NCBI GenBank assembly: GCA_002811645.1
Contig: PDIP01000030.1
Location: 32,514-96,513, forward strand
Length of the DNA stretch: 64,000 bases
Direction of reading: 5' to 3'
Source of the DNA: Corallochytrium limacisporum Hawaii
Lineage: Eukaryota > Protista > Pluriformea
Below, piece after piece: positions 52,979 through 64,000 of this stretch. Every line of letters begins with the position of its first letter. Within the stretch, counting starts at the first letter, position 1. Made by a program: the position numbers and the translations under genes. The notes beneath the pieces are model-generated. The model ran no database searches. It was given only the letters and a program-made list of their open reading frames with translations, and was not told the origin of the DNA.

Positions 52979-55900
52979 GGCTAAATCATTGGTCGATCTA
53001 GCAATTTAGAGATACACAGTATATAAATGAGCCATGTCACGCATGATCAATTAGAATGTAGGAAAAAGTCGGGCACAAACAACCTAACAGTACGTTCCAA
53101 ATAGCCATCGTCCCGCACCCGTCTCCATCAGAGTTTGACACTCTGTGTAGCCCGCGCGGTATAAACTGAGACCCTAATATATGATTTATGTAATTTCCCC
53201 GCACCCAACCAACGAGAAGGGGAACTTATACGCAAAAATAGATTTCTAACCGAACGCCAGCTTACAGCGGCGAGAGAAAAGGGTGGGGAGGGACAAGGAG
53301 ATCCTTCAGTTGGTGAGAGAGAGAGGGGGCTGCAAGAGCGCGTTTGGACAAAGAGAACAAAAGGGAAGAAGAAAAGAAGGGAATTGTAATTGAGTCCTTA
53401 GCGCAAGGAGAACCCCCGTGTGCTCGCTTGCATTGGTTATCTGTATGTGTGTACTACAGTGATGTGCACATTTTGAAGGAACGGTCGCGAGGGATGTGTG
53501 TGCTAATACGTGTGCATGGTCTGTGAGAAACTTTGGGGGTTTCGCCTATACCGACGAAGCCAAAACTCAACACCATTTAACCCACTCTTCTTACTTTGGC
53601 CGTTCTCTATAGTGAATGAAAGTAGAGATGCAAACCATGTTCCTACTTCCCATTACCGATTCCTTCCTGGTGGTGCAGAATAAGACAGAATATGTCACCC
53701 AACGTATATAGGATAGGAAACCTGGAGGAGGAATTTGGGAGGACCACCCAAGGTATGTATTGTCCAACAAAGATGCGTCGCTGTCGTTGCAGCCCAGTTC
53801 AGATGCACAGTATGCTGATGGGGGTTTAATTCTCTTGCGTTCAGTTGGATCAATCGTCTTCATTTCAATAAATAGTAATGGTCCACTCGTGGTAGTGCAG
53901 TCAGTTTCCGGGACACCAGGTGTAAAAAATCACAGGAGTTCTTGTGTCTCTGGTGTTGCTCGCGATCAAGTCATCATCACGCCGTATCCCAAATTTTGAA
54001 ATGCGGCGGCAAATCGGCGTTTCTCCAGTACCGGGTCGCTTTGTGTATGTAGGTCTTGGAGGGGGTGGAAAAGATAAGCCGATCGAGGAAGTGCATGAAT
54101 GTGTTGACAGATGTGTAGGCTTGACACAAGGAGTAAGATACATGACCAAAGATGGATTGTGAAACCCACCTCACATGGTTGAGATCGAACTTGAGACGAT
54201 ATACCTAGGTTGACCTGACAATGTCCGTACGCCACTTAATTTGGGCCTATAATTGTGATCGCCCAATGCAGAGTCTATGAAGCGCTGATCCTGCAAGGCC
54301 TTATCGCCTACGTGCTTGATGAATCCAGATCGTGCCGCGATCTGCTAAGGGGTTGTCTGGATGTGGACACTGGACCAATGTTTCGTTTGTGTCCCCGCTC
54401 ATGATTATCAACTTTTCATATTGCTGCACCCAGTTCTTCGTGGCCATAGGTTCTGTATCGCTCCATTTCAAGGAAATTCCATCAGGGATTCCATCCACAT
54501 CGAAGAGTCCAGCAAGAGTTTCAAATTCTGTGATTTTCTTGCCAGCCCCAACTGCTCCCAAACCCATCTGGTCTCCCTGTACATTGTTCGTCTCTGCCCG
54601 ATATCCGTCAAACTAGCTTACTGGAGTACCCGCCAACGACGATGTTCAACGGAAGAGTTCCAAGGTTTCCGGGATGGAGAACTGTGCGAGGGACAGGTTT
54701 CCCTAACATCATTTCCCAACAACAACACAGGAATCACGCTATAGGCAGCACCATATTCCTCAACAGCATCCAACCCTGCGCTGGCAACGATGACCACAAC
54801 AGCAAAAGAAGCTCAACATACGGCACGAATGGAGGGGAGACGATGGCAGCAGTGAGCCAGAGGGAAGGAACAATAAGAAACTCTCGTGGTTTCGCTAAAC
54901 CCCCTGTGTAACCCCCCCCCTGTTTTAATCTCCGCGAGGCGGGTCGTGTGCGTCTCTTGCTGACATCAGTTGGAATTTTGGAATTGTTGCTGTGCGCGTC
55001 CCAGGCGCGGACACCTGCAGTGGAACAGAAGAAAGGAGAGGGGAAGGTTTTGGGAGGGGGGGAAGGCAGCGGTTCGACTCGTGGTGCCTTTTGAAACAGG
55101 GAGAAAGGAGAACGAGTTGTCTCGCATGGATGGGGACCCGCACGGGCACCAGACCCCAAGGCCCAGAATTCGGTGTCGATGGATGTCCTTTTCATGGGAC
55201 AGTCGAGCGGTGTGAGACATATTCACAGGCACGGCCGCTCTTTGAATGCAACCACAGTCGTACTCATGCATGTGGGTATTTTCTCCGGTACGCATGCTCT
55301 TTTTCTGGGTCTAGTCCTTGTGGGCATGTGCCAGGTTGAAAAGGATATCCAGGAAACCAGCTTGCGGCCTTGAGCAGGAACGTCTTTATTTGTTGATGGA
55401 TGTTGGAGTATTAGTAGTATTGTGCGGAGTATACAGAATGCACCGAGTTGTTCAACAGTTTCAGTTTCAGTGTCCCCAATACGCGGGCACACGCACGACC
55501 CGACAAGCGCAGGACACACCGTGCGGACTCTACAGCCCTGTTGTCTATGACATACAACCGGCCGGGTGATAGATACCAACCCACTCACGGAAATCAAAAG
55601 AATTCTCCCAGTCTTCTTGTTTACTCTGGTGATGATGATGAGCATTCCTATGTGCGCTATTTTGTGTGGTATGTGGTCTGGGAGTGATCTGTAACTTGGA
55701 AGAGGGGGATGAAAGGGAAGAAACATGGTGGTGGAGGGGACGTATACACTAGTAATACACGGCCGCGCTACCAAGTCTCGCTTACACTTGAATACAAACC
55801 TCCGACTTTAGAGGTCAAACAGCCAGGTCCAAGCCCACGCAGGCAACTTCCTTTCCCTCGGGTAGTACGGGGATACAAATATCTTCAGATCACGATGATG

Positions 55901-58900
55901 TTGTCCTCCTTTGTACGTATGTACTTTTCCACTCCGTGTGCGGGAGGTGTCCTGAAGTATTGCGAAGGGCGTCCTACAAACCGATGCCATCAATCGAAGT
56001 ATCAATACAATTCCGACCAACAGCAGTGTACCGGCATGGTCCCATATCTGGAAGAATGGCCCACACCCACACTGTGGCTTTGAAAGACATCCCGCGGCAG
56101 TGCAATACCATGCTTGAGCACGGGTAGCACCCTCAACAACTTCCTCATCGATTGTACATATGTACTCTGACCTTGATATCAAGTCCATTCCCTGTACCTT
56201 GGTTTCGTAACCGGCAGAGGAATCGCTGGGTACTGTCACTCTGCATGTCGGTGGCTCTCCATCTGGAATGCTGGTGACGCCTGATCACTCAATACAAAGT
56301 GCAAACGGACGATCGATCGCTGTCGTCGCTTTTGCTTGAGCCGTCGGGGCCAAGTGTCTCAGCCTGATCTGCTCCGGCCTTTGAATGACAAGTCGTTGTC
56401 TTCTGTACCTACTCCGCACTCCTATTTCCATCCAAAGGCGATTTCTTTCCTACGACTCTCTTTGTTCCAAAAATTGCGTAATTTGGTCAGTGAGTGGTGC
56501 AAGTTCGATGACCGGGTCGTGTGTATGTAAGCCCAGTCCGAAGCAGGCAGGATATCCCATCGGCCTTCTCACATCTATGACTCTTCTGCATGCCTATGAC
56601 TGCGACAGTAGACGATTTAGTGTGCTCCTCTGCACACATATACAATCCAGATGCTTCATGCTTAAGAGCACTAAGCGAAGGAGGATTGGGAAGCACTGTG
56701 GATGAAAATTGCTCTCCCCGCGTGTAATTTCAGACCCGTTGGAACCCTCGATATGATTTGTCGTATTGACTGACGTACAGATTTTGTTTGTCTTTACTTA
56801 CTATGACAATGTACCGGAATTGACATGATGAATCTTGGAAGGTATTCTCTCGGTTTGGTTGATTCGTGAAATAACAGCCCGGCCTGGTGATTTTTCGCGA
56901 GTACTGAACATACTGGACACTGCACTAATGCTGTATGTATGGAGGACAGTCAAGCACCGCCACTGAAATATTGATCATGTCGGACGAGAGTCCCTGTGCG
57001 CAACAGAGAACGTGTTGAAAATAGATCCCGAAACGTCGCGTTGAGTACGGTGATTTCAGACCGTCATATCGCTCCAATAATGAATGTATCACAGCAGTAT
57101 CAAGCGTCAGCAATCCACTACAGAAGGCTATCGACCACCACACGTTCGATACAAACATGCAGAGTTGACCAACTTAACTCTCTGCACGCAAATGCTTCAC
57201 CTCAAAGATTTAAACTATCTGAACCATTTTGTGGCTGCCACAGGTTAACTACGAAAACAGCCAGTGTTGACGCACCCAAATCGTGCAAAGCGCCGTTCTG
57301 CAAAGGAAACAAACCGCCGCACCGGGTGTTCGGACACCCCCAGGTGTGTGTGTCGCCTCTGTGTTGTTTTCATAGACCGGCTCTGTTAATGCTTGTCCAT
57401 TGTCCTAAGTGTGTACGGAAACCTCCACGTCTCCCCTCTGCGGCGGCGGTAAAGGGGCGGTTGGTATTGGGGACAGCTCTACTACAGCAAATCGCCGGCT
57501 GATCGAGAACGCCATACATTCTACTGCACTGAGCACCGCCGTACACAAAAACAAGGGGTTCAGCGAACAAAGTACAAGAACACGGTGGTGGGCGGTGGTA
57601 GAACTGAAATTCCCCTGAATCCCGTATCCATATATTCAGTACCGCACCACCGTACATAGATTTGTGGCCGCACCGCCCCGCCTCTACCAATTTCAATGCT
57701 TGTTTAGCGGGCACTTCCCTCAGTGTGATAGAAATGTGAAAAAGTGAATGCCGCAGCTCCCGCAAAACCAACCAGCGCACTTTCACTATCAAAGTATTGG
57801 CCTCACTCTTCCATGTTGAACTTCGCTCCCCACGATGAGCAGAAACCCTTCCATGAATCCCCCTAATCTGTTGCATTTCATAGTAAAAGTAGGGACTCTA
57901 TGATCCCAGGATGATGATATTATTACCGACCAAGATAGCGAAGGGTGAAGAAAAAATTATGAAAGAATTTTTTTCATATTCCACTCAGGGGGACGGGGAG
58001 GGTGAGTGGGAGGGGGGGGGGGTTGTGTGGAATACTGTAAAGCAAACATGTGAAAAGAACGACACACAACTGCGGACAGAAAGGCGAGGAACTTACTATT
58101 CGTCGAGCGACGACAGCCCTCCCCCCTCCTTCTGCTCTTCAGAGGGGTTCCACGGAGTGGGTAGCATCGGTAGTGCATCGGTAGTACATACATTTAGTAT
58201 AAGAAGAAAAGGAACAGTACCTCAGAAAGTGTCAAATGGCATGACCCGTTTTGGCACCTGGGGGCACTCGGTCGGCAAACTGAGAGGGCACGTCGGTGTG
58301 TGCTGACTTAGGCTCAAGTGACGATTGATGGGCATGGATACCTCTGCTTGGTCAGATCTGCGTCATTGGTATCCACAATGTACTTGGATTTGTCGATCAG
58401 AGCGCGCAATCCGTTTCCCGACAGAGCAGAACCTCCGCGGGTGAACGTTTGGGCGAGGATAGTACCGGCACTGGAAACATCGCTGCATTTCAGTACTGAT
58501 CCCGCCTGGGCACCCAATGGAGTTCAGGGCCTCTCAATTCCAGCGAATGAGAGCACAGCCAAAAGGGTCGTCTGCATTACAGACTATCGATATTAAGTGC
58601 GATCTGCCCTAAAACTTACTTGCCAAATTTATTAGTGTTTGGTCCCCAATTTGAATATCCAAAAACGCGTGCCCATTCACCGGACTGGCGGATAGTTTTC
58701 CTTTTTCTCGGTCCGTGCACACCCGCGAGTTATGTCGTTGGGGTGGGGTGGGGCATTGCTGGCTGTTTTTTTTTTTCCGTCCCGCAACTTGCTGTAGTCG
58801 TCGTTGTCGTATCTGCTAGCATTCTCCGGCACTCTTGTCCTCCAATTGGTACACTTACTATGGCTTCTCTCACTGGGTCCGGCAGAGGCTCTGTGCGGTT

Positions 58901-59311
58901 CCTCTATGTGCTGTTGTGTTCTATAGATTGGCATGGAATCGTTCGAGTCTACGGACGACCTCCAGCAAACGGCAAAACACTTGCGGTATGAGTTTAAGGC
59001 TGTGCTGTGCCGTTGGTTTCGCGGCAGATGAATGTGTCGTTTGTGGATGTTGGTTCCGTGGCACATTGGCATCCTTTCGAAACCGTGCGAAGTACCTGCC
59101 ATTTGGTACCTGCGTGGCAGGTCACAGGCGTTGCTATCCCAGTTAATGACTTCCTTTATTTGGAAACTGATATGTAGCAATCAAGTTCTTGCATCCCAGG
59201 AAGTACCGCTATTTCAGAGGTGACGGTTGTCGCAGTATCTTCACCGGCGTGTCTGTCCAATGTCGAAAACATTTATCCGCGGACAATACGTGTACTACAA
59301 CACAAAGCAGC

Positions 59312-59965
59312 ATGGTTTCTCTTGATGTTCTCATGGAGCCCAAGGGCGCCATCAAGATCCTCGAGTTCGTAAGTCTTTCTTGACGAAGGTGCTTTTATTG
59401 GTGCGTCAACTTTTCGGTGCAGTGCATACTAACCTTGAGTATTCTTCTCTCCTAATTTTGGGGGTTCTCTTTTTGTTTCGTACAGCTACTCAACCTTATC
59501 GCTTGGTCAGTTCTGGCCTCGAGTAGTCCAGCTTGGGAGAGCCGCGGCAATATCAATAAGGATAACTACGAGGGATCCGTCCAGTACCTTATGGCGATGC
59601 TCATCATTGGCTGGATCATGTCTATGGCTCTGGTAGGCGTCTATGCGATTGCTGACGATGCTTGGACCGCAAACACGCAGGCTAAGTTCGGCACGTTTGA
59701 TTTTGCCGGCACTGCTCTGTACTCTCTCCTGCTCTTCCTTGCCTCTGCCATCTGGGTCGGAATCGGTGACAACATTGACATTGTGGTGTTTGACAGCATC
59801 TTCAGCTCCAACTTTCCAGACAATGAAAAGAATCGCGCCGTCGCTGGATTTTCTTTCATGGCCTGGTTCATCTGGACTGTTAACTTGTGGTTCCTATACA
59901 AGGACACTAACATGCACAAGGGCAAAGCTTCTTCTGGGGGCAATGCTGCACCCTCCGGCGTCTAA
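59312..59965 (+). CDS. SYP: Synaptophysin-family MARVEL tetraspan vesicle protein; exons 59312-59368 and 59486-59965 (178 aa)
   Basis: Spliced product has LMEPKGAIKILEF-LLNLIAW (cf. [20 protein letters not shown]), FDFAGTALYSLLLFLASAIW (cf. [20 protein letters not shown]) and FIWTVNLWFLYKDT (cf. VLWVGNLWFVFKET); four hydrophobic helices. Confidence 0.85.
59369..59485 (+). other. Spliceosomal intron (117 nt, phase 0) in the synaptophysin-like gene
   Basis: GTAAGT donor, TACTAAC branch point at 59427-59433, pyrimidine tract, TACAG acceptor; removal keeps the frame into ORF 59591. Confidence 0.93.
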
Positions 59966-60119
59966 GCACGCAAGAAAGCGAACTTCTCAGTTAAATTCTA
60001 CATATAGACTTATCACTGCGGACCTCGTCACACTCAGATCGTTGCGAATCACGCAACTGGGTACACTTCTCTCAATCACGGCTACACGTTTGCTACATTT
60101 TTATATTACTGTAACGTTG

Positions 60120-60401
60120 TTACATTGTACTGAGGTACTCGCGAATGTCATGCACAAGGGATGCACGGATGTCGTCGGGAACCGACGCCCGGGCTTTCGG
60201 TGTCAGTTCCGCGACGAGCTGTTCCAGGGTAATTTGTTCTGTATCTTTTTGCTTTAGGGAAACGATACAGTCCTGTTTGAGTCGGTCACGCCAACCTGAC
60301 TCAACAAGCCGCTTGCGCAACTTTTCCTTAAGTCTTTCCTTCTCACCGCTCTGTTCAAGTTTGTGCATGATCTGCTCCTTACTGAACCCCTCCCTATCCA
60401 T
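60120..60401 (-). CDS. ENY2: ENY2/Sus1 (SAGA DUB module / TREX-2), 93 aa, intronless
   Basis: KLEQSGEKERLKEKLRKRLVESGWRD, ITLEQLVAELTPKARASVPD. Confidence 0.95.
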   Translation of the reverse strand: MDREGFSKEQIMHKLEQSGEKERLKEKLRKRLVESGWRDRLKQDCIVSLKQKDTEQITLEQLVAELTPKARASVPDDIRASLVHDIREYLSTM

Positions 60402-61265
60402 GTTTCTTGTTGCGGTTTACCTCAGCAAACTAAGCCAATCATATAGTCTTCAGTTCCAAATACGACAATACACCCTGTTAACTTGAGCCTTGAAAGAACA
60501 CACCCTAGTATGGTTCAGATTGCGTTGCTTACACATAATTAAGTCATGGTTTGGCATGGAGAGAACCCAGTTGGTTAAACCTCACTTGCTGGTACTTCTC
60601 AACTACCAAAACAGAACAGCAATATTCTACACGAGGGCGATCGGTACAAATCCAATTTTGGGTACGGGATGCGACACTTCTCATGCATTTGACTCGAAGT
60701 GTAAGAATGGCCTCAAAAGACAGAAGCACGGTACTCACGTCCATCTACCGAAACTAGAGACTGTTGCTGTGCCCCGGGGAGTTTGCAATAGCGCAGCAAG
60801 CGCAAACGGGGCATCGGCCAGTTCGCGCCCCTCCCACCTGCTGTCGTTGCTCCGACAAAACAGTGGGACTGCCAGTTTGAGGCGAACTGCCAATGCATAC
60901 CCAAGGAAGGCACCATCGAATGTACTGGGGGACCACTTCGTTTTCAAATGCCCGCCCGAGGCCGAGACCCCTGGATCAGACACCCAACCCAAGCCCAGCC
61001 CATCACTTCCGCCCTGGCCCGCTGGCAGTTGGGCGAGGCGCACAAATAGGCCCCGAATTGGTGCTCAGTAGCAGTCGGGTCGAAAAAATGCTTTTGCGGA
61101 GCAAAGCCCCCACCCTCTCGCTTCCCTCCCTGCCCCCGTTTTCTTTCGTTGGGTTCTTGCATCACCCCGTCCCTATCTCTCACTCTCTCCCGCGGTCTCC
61201 CCCTCTTTCCTCGTCCCCCGTGTACGGCGCCGCTCACTCTCCACAGCCCTCCCGAGGCTCGGAGG

Positions 61266-61487
61266 NNNNNNNNNNNNNNNNNNNNNNNNNNNNNNNNNNN
61301 NNNNNNNNNNNNNNNNNNNNNNNNNNNNNNNNNNNNNNNNNNNNNNNNNNNNNNNNNNNNNNNNNNNNNNNNNNNNNNNNNNNNNNNNNNNNNNNNNNNN
61401 NNNNNNNNNNNNNNNNNNNNNNNNNNNNNNNNNNNNNNNNNNNNNNNNNNNNNNNNNNNNNNNNNNNNNNNNNNNNNNNNNNNNNNN
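61266..61487. other. Assembly gap in the GC-rich ENY2/LtrA divergent intergenic region
   Basis: Run of N. Confidence 1.
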
Positions 61488-62445
61488 GGGGTGGGGTGTC
61501 TCTCTCCCTTTTCGGATGGGATCCCAACTCCGTTTTTACCTCTAAAACTCGTTCTCGTCTTTGTTTCTTCCGGTCTCTTGTTCTTCTCGTTTTCCCAGTT
61601 TTCGCTGTTTGGTTTCTGCCTCGTCGTTCTTTCTTCACTCACACACCTCAATCCCCCACACTCGCCATTGAAATTCAACGGCCGGGATCGCCAGGGCCTC
61701 CGAGCATTCCCTTTCGGTTCTTCTTGACGGCTCGATTGGGGAATATGGGAAAATGCGATAAGAACGTTGGATGGGTTTCCCCGCCGCCGTTCCGTTGCGG
61801 TCGGTGGGAGCAGCTTCCATACTTTTTGTACAGCACTTCAGGTGAGTCCGAGGCAGCCTTGCAACACGGCTGTGCACTATCTGCGACCGTTGCCGTGCCT
61901 GCGCCCTTCCGCCGCCTCCCTCCTCGGCGGTGTTCATCATCGATCTATTTCCCAGCCCAGGCACCAGTACGGTTGCCCTGCGTCGGTTGAATATGTACCG
62001 GGCGGGTTGCAGTCGGTTTGCGCCAACCCGAAACGTCGGGGAGGGTGGGTTTTGACTGAGCAAGCCAAAATAAAAAGTTTTGAGATGTGTGATACACGGG
62101 GGCGCAAGTGTGAAGCGTAACTTCCTATTCTTCGTTTGGGCAACTCTGATGCCTTATGAGTTCTACTTTGTTGTACTTTTTCAGTCGTGTTCGTCTTTTG
62201 CATTTTCTTCAACAGACGTCAGCGTCCAGTTACCATGGACCCCAACGTAGGTACTTGGAACTTTACGAAGACGGCGTCAGATGGAAATTGATCCTTTCAG
62301 TCAACGTTCAATGTGAACATGCGAACGAGGTTTTATTATTGCGGAGACACAAATATGACAAATCTTAATTTTTAGGACGACCTCAGTCTCAGAATAACGT
62401 CTGATTTAGGGCTCAGGACGAAGACGACGTCCAATCTTGGCAGCT

Positions 62446-64000
62446 ATGGATGGGCAAGAAAGCGGCGATAGCCGAGGCAGGCTCCTCGAGCAACAGCCGC
62501 AGGAAAATCAGACGGGTCCACAACAGCTTGGCAGACAGCGATCTTTGAGGCATACATCGGATACAGTGGCGCGTAGGGGAACTCCTCCATCTACAGACTC
62601 TCCACAAATGCTGCGTCGACAAGAGTCAGCTTTGTCCATGGGACGGTTACCCCGACAAGAGTCAGCGAGATCGGTAAGATCGGTATTAACAGGCGAGATG
62701 CCAACAGATGAGTTCAAGGCCACCCAGAAGCACCCTCGGTCACGGAAGATGTCACACAGTACAAACGCGCCGATAAGGCAGAGCCCATCCGCACACAGTC
62801 CAGCAACACTTCAAGTCGGTACAGACAAGGTTCCATCAGCGCTCCGAAAGGATTCCCACCCGCGTCTGGAAAGGGGGAACCGAAATGTCAGCTTTGCGGA
62901 TGCTCAACGGTACTCAACAGATGAGGAGACAGCACTGGGTGCCATGACCGCACATCGTCCAGCTTCAATCGGGAGGCATCAGGAAGCACACAAGGCTATG
63001 AATCGGGTTGCAGGCAGCCCACCGCCTACGACATCTCGAAAGCTCAAATCAGGCTTCACGCTAGGTCCACCATCAAACGCTTCCAGCAGTAAAACGAACA
63101 AACAGGCGCTTCCCGGACCATCGGGTTTCAGCCTAGGACCACCCTCGGAGGGCGACGAATCAGAGTCGGTGAGTACCATGGCCGATGAATCATACGAAAG
63201 TGAGAGCTACATGAGTGACTCCTTTAGCGTTGCTTCCATGGAAGAAGAGGAGGTCACTCTGCACATTCGAGGAGACGAGAACGCAACTGTGGGTCCGCAG
63301 ACAATTGAACGTGTGGCAACCGAATTGAAGCTGAATGAAAAGCAAGTAAAGGAGCTGCCGCGGGTCATGACTGTAACAAAGCTCAAGAAGTGGCTCGAGA
63401 ACCTGCCCACAACCGAGGAAGGTGGTCCGAGTCGACGCGTGAATATTGAAAGGATCGATGCTGCTGGCATCGAGACGAACACCCCAAAGATTTCGCAGGC
63501 CGAAACTGGTGGTGATGGCGTAGAGCTGAAGGTCTTGGGAGCGACCGACAACGGAGGTATCGAAAATGAGAATGTGATTGAACGCATTGAGGTGAACCGC
63601 GAGTACCGCCCGCACACGCGTCATCCGGCCGTGTACCACCACAGACGCCACCATCGCAACCGCTTTCGTGAACCGCACTTCCGTGCCGAGGATGAAGAAG
63701 GTGAACGCCAGGCCACCTGGCTGGAGCTCTTCTTCGATGTCTTCTTTGTGACTGTAATGGCTGCGTTGACGCATTTTGATACGATCGACTTTAAGGACAT
63801 TGGCTACTTTGTGTTCCAGTATACACCTGTATGGTGGGCATGGCTTAAGTCGACTCTCTACGCCACGCGTTTCGATACTGATGACATCGTGTACCGAACC
63901 GGTATCTTTGTGCAGATGATTGCGCTGGCTTCCATTACCATTAGTATCGAGATTCACGGACCAATCGCTGGTGGCACGGCGAATCGCTACACCTTTGGCC
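62446..64000 (+). CDS. LtrA (low temperature requirement A)-domain membrane protein with a ~420-aa disordered N-terminus; runs off the window end
   Basis: Absent from the ORF track because it has no stop in the window. Manual translation from ATG 62446 is open to 64000 and contains RQATWLELFFDVFFV and WWAWLKSTLYATRFDTDD. Confidence 0.85.
   Translation, partial: MDGQESGDSRGRLLEQQPQENQTGPQQLGRQRSLRHTSDTVARRGTPPSTDSPQMLRRQESALSMGRLPRQESARSVRSVLTGEMPTDEFKATQKHPRSRKMSHSTNAPIRQSPSAHSPATLQVGTDKVPSALRKDSHPRLERGNRNVSFADAQRYSTDEETALGAMTAHRPASIGRHQEAHKAMNRVAGSPPPTTSRKLKSGFTLGPPSNASSSKTNKQALPGPSGFSLGPPSEGDESESVSTMADESYESESYMSDSFSVASMEEEEVTLHIRGDENATVGPQTIERVATELKLNEKQVKELPRVMTVTKLKKWLENLPTTEEGGPSRRVNIERIDAAGIETNTPKISQAETGGDGVELKVLGATDNGGIENENVIERIEVNREYRPHTRHPAVYHHRRHHRNRFREPHFRAEDEEGERQATWLELFFDVFFVTVMAALTHFDTIDFKDIGYFVFQYTPVWWAWLKSTLYATRFDTDDIVYRTGIFVQMIALASITISIEIHGPIAGGTANRYTFG

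Noticed and set aside
55069-55084. GGTTCGACTC T-loop/B-box-like sequence
   Set aside because: No acceptor stem, D-arm or anticodon arm around it; not a tRNA.
1-64000. CRISPR arrays, rRNA, tRNA, snRNA or intact transposons
   Set aside because: No repeat-spacer array, RNA-gene signature, terminal repeat or transposase/RT motif was recognised; by-eye sensitivity is limited.

Overview
Gene-dense, nearly intron-free eukaryotic nuclear DNA. The animal-like gene set (CREB-type bZIP, synaptophysin, RPGRIP1L, HAUS6, roadblock, tyrosine aminotransferase) and very low intron density suggest a unicellular holozoan, possibly Corallochytrium-like (inference only). About 21 protein genes are supported: M20 metallohydrolase, a full-length ACC-like protein, DEPDC5, PSMA2, NDUFS3, a shortened RPGRIP1L, DYNLRB, TAT, SEH1, a patatin-like protein, UBE2V, an orphan ORF, HAUS6, SCO1, TPR, MSH2, CREB-like bZIP, NDUFAF2-like, synaptophysin-like, ENY2 and a partial LtrA-domain gene. 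There are two clear spliceosomal introns, two assembly gaps and two long stretches with no recognisable gene (about 40.1-51.8 kb and 53.0-59.3 kb). The main discovery candidate is the intact ~2,420-aa ACC homologue, which has lost its biotin-acceptor lysine (MKM to MRM) and most biotin-carboxylase catalytic residues but keeps a fairly conserved carboxyltransferase domain, i.e. an apparent ACC pseudoenzyme. A second apparent lipid pseudoenzyme (patatin lacking the Ser/Asp dyad) lies ~14 kb away. Other oddities: a frame switch in RPGRIP1L at a G_GUA_AAC / GT..AG octamer, a TPR tail with FG repeats and a PAM2 motif, a KID-less CREB, shared E2F-like promoter words and sense-strand poly-G tracts upstream of genes. 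All homology calls are from recalled motifs; no searches were run.
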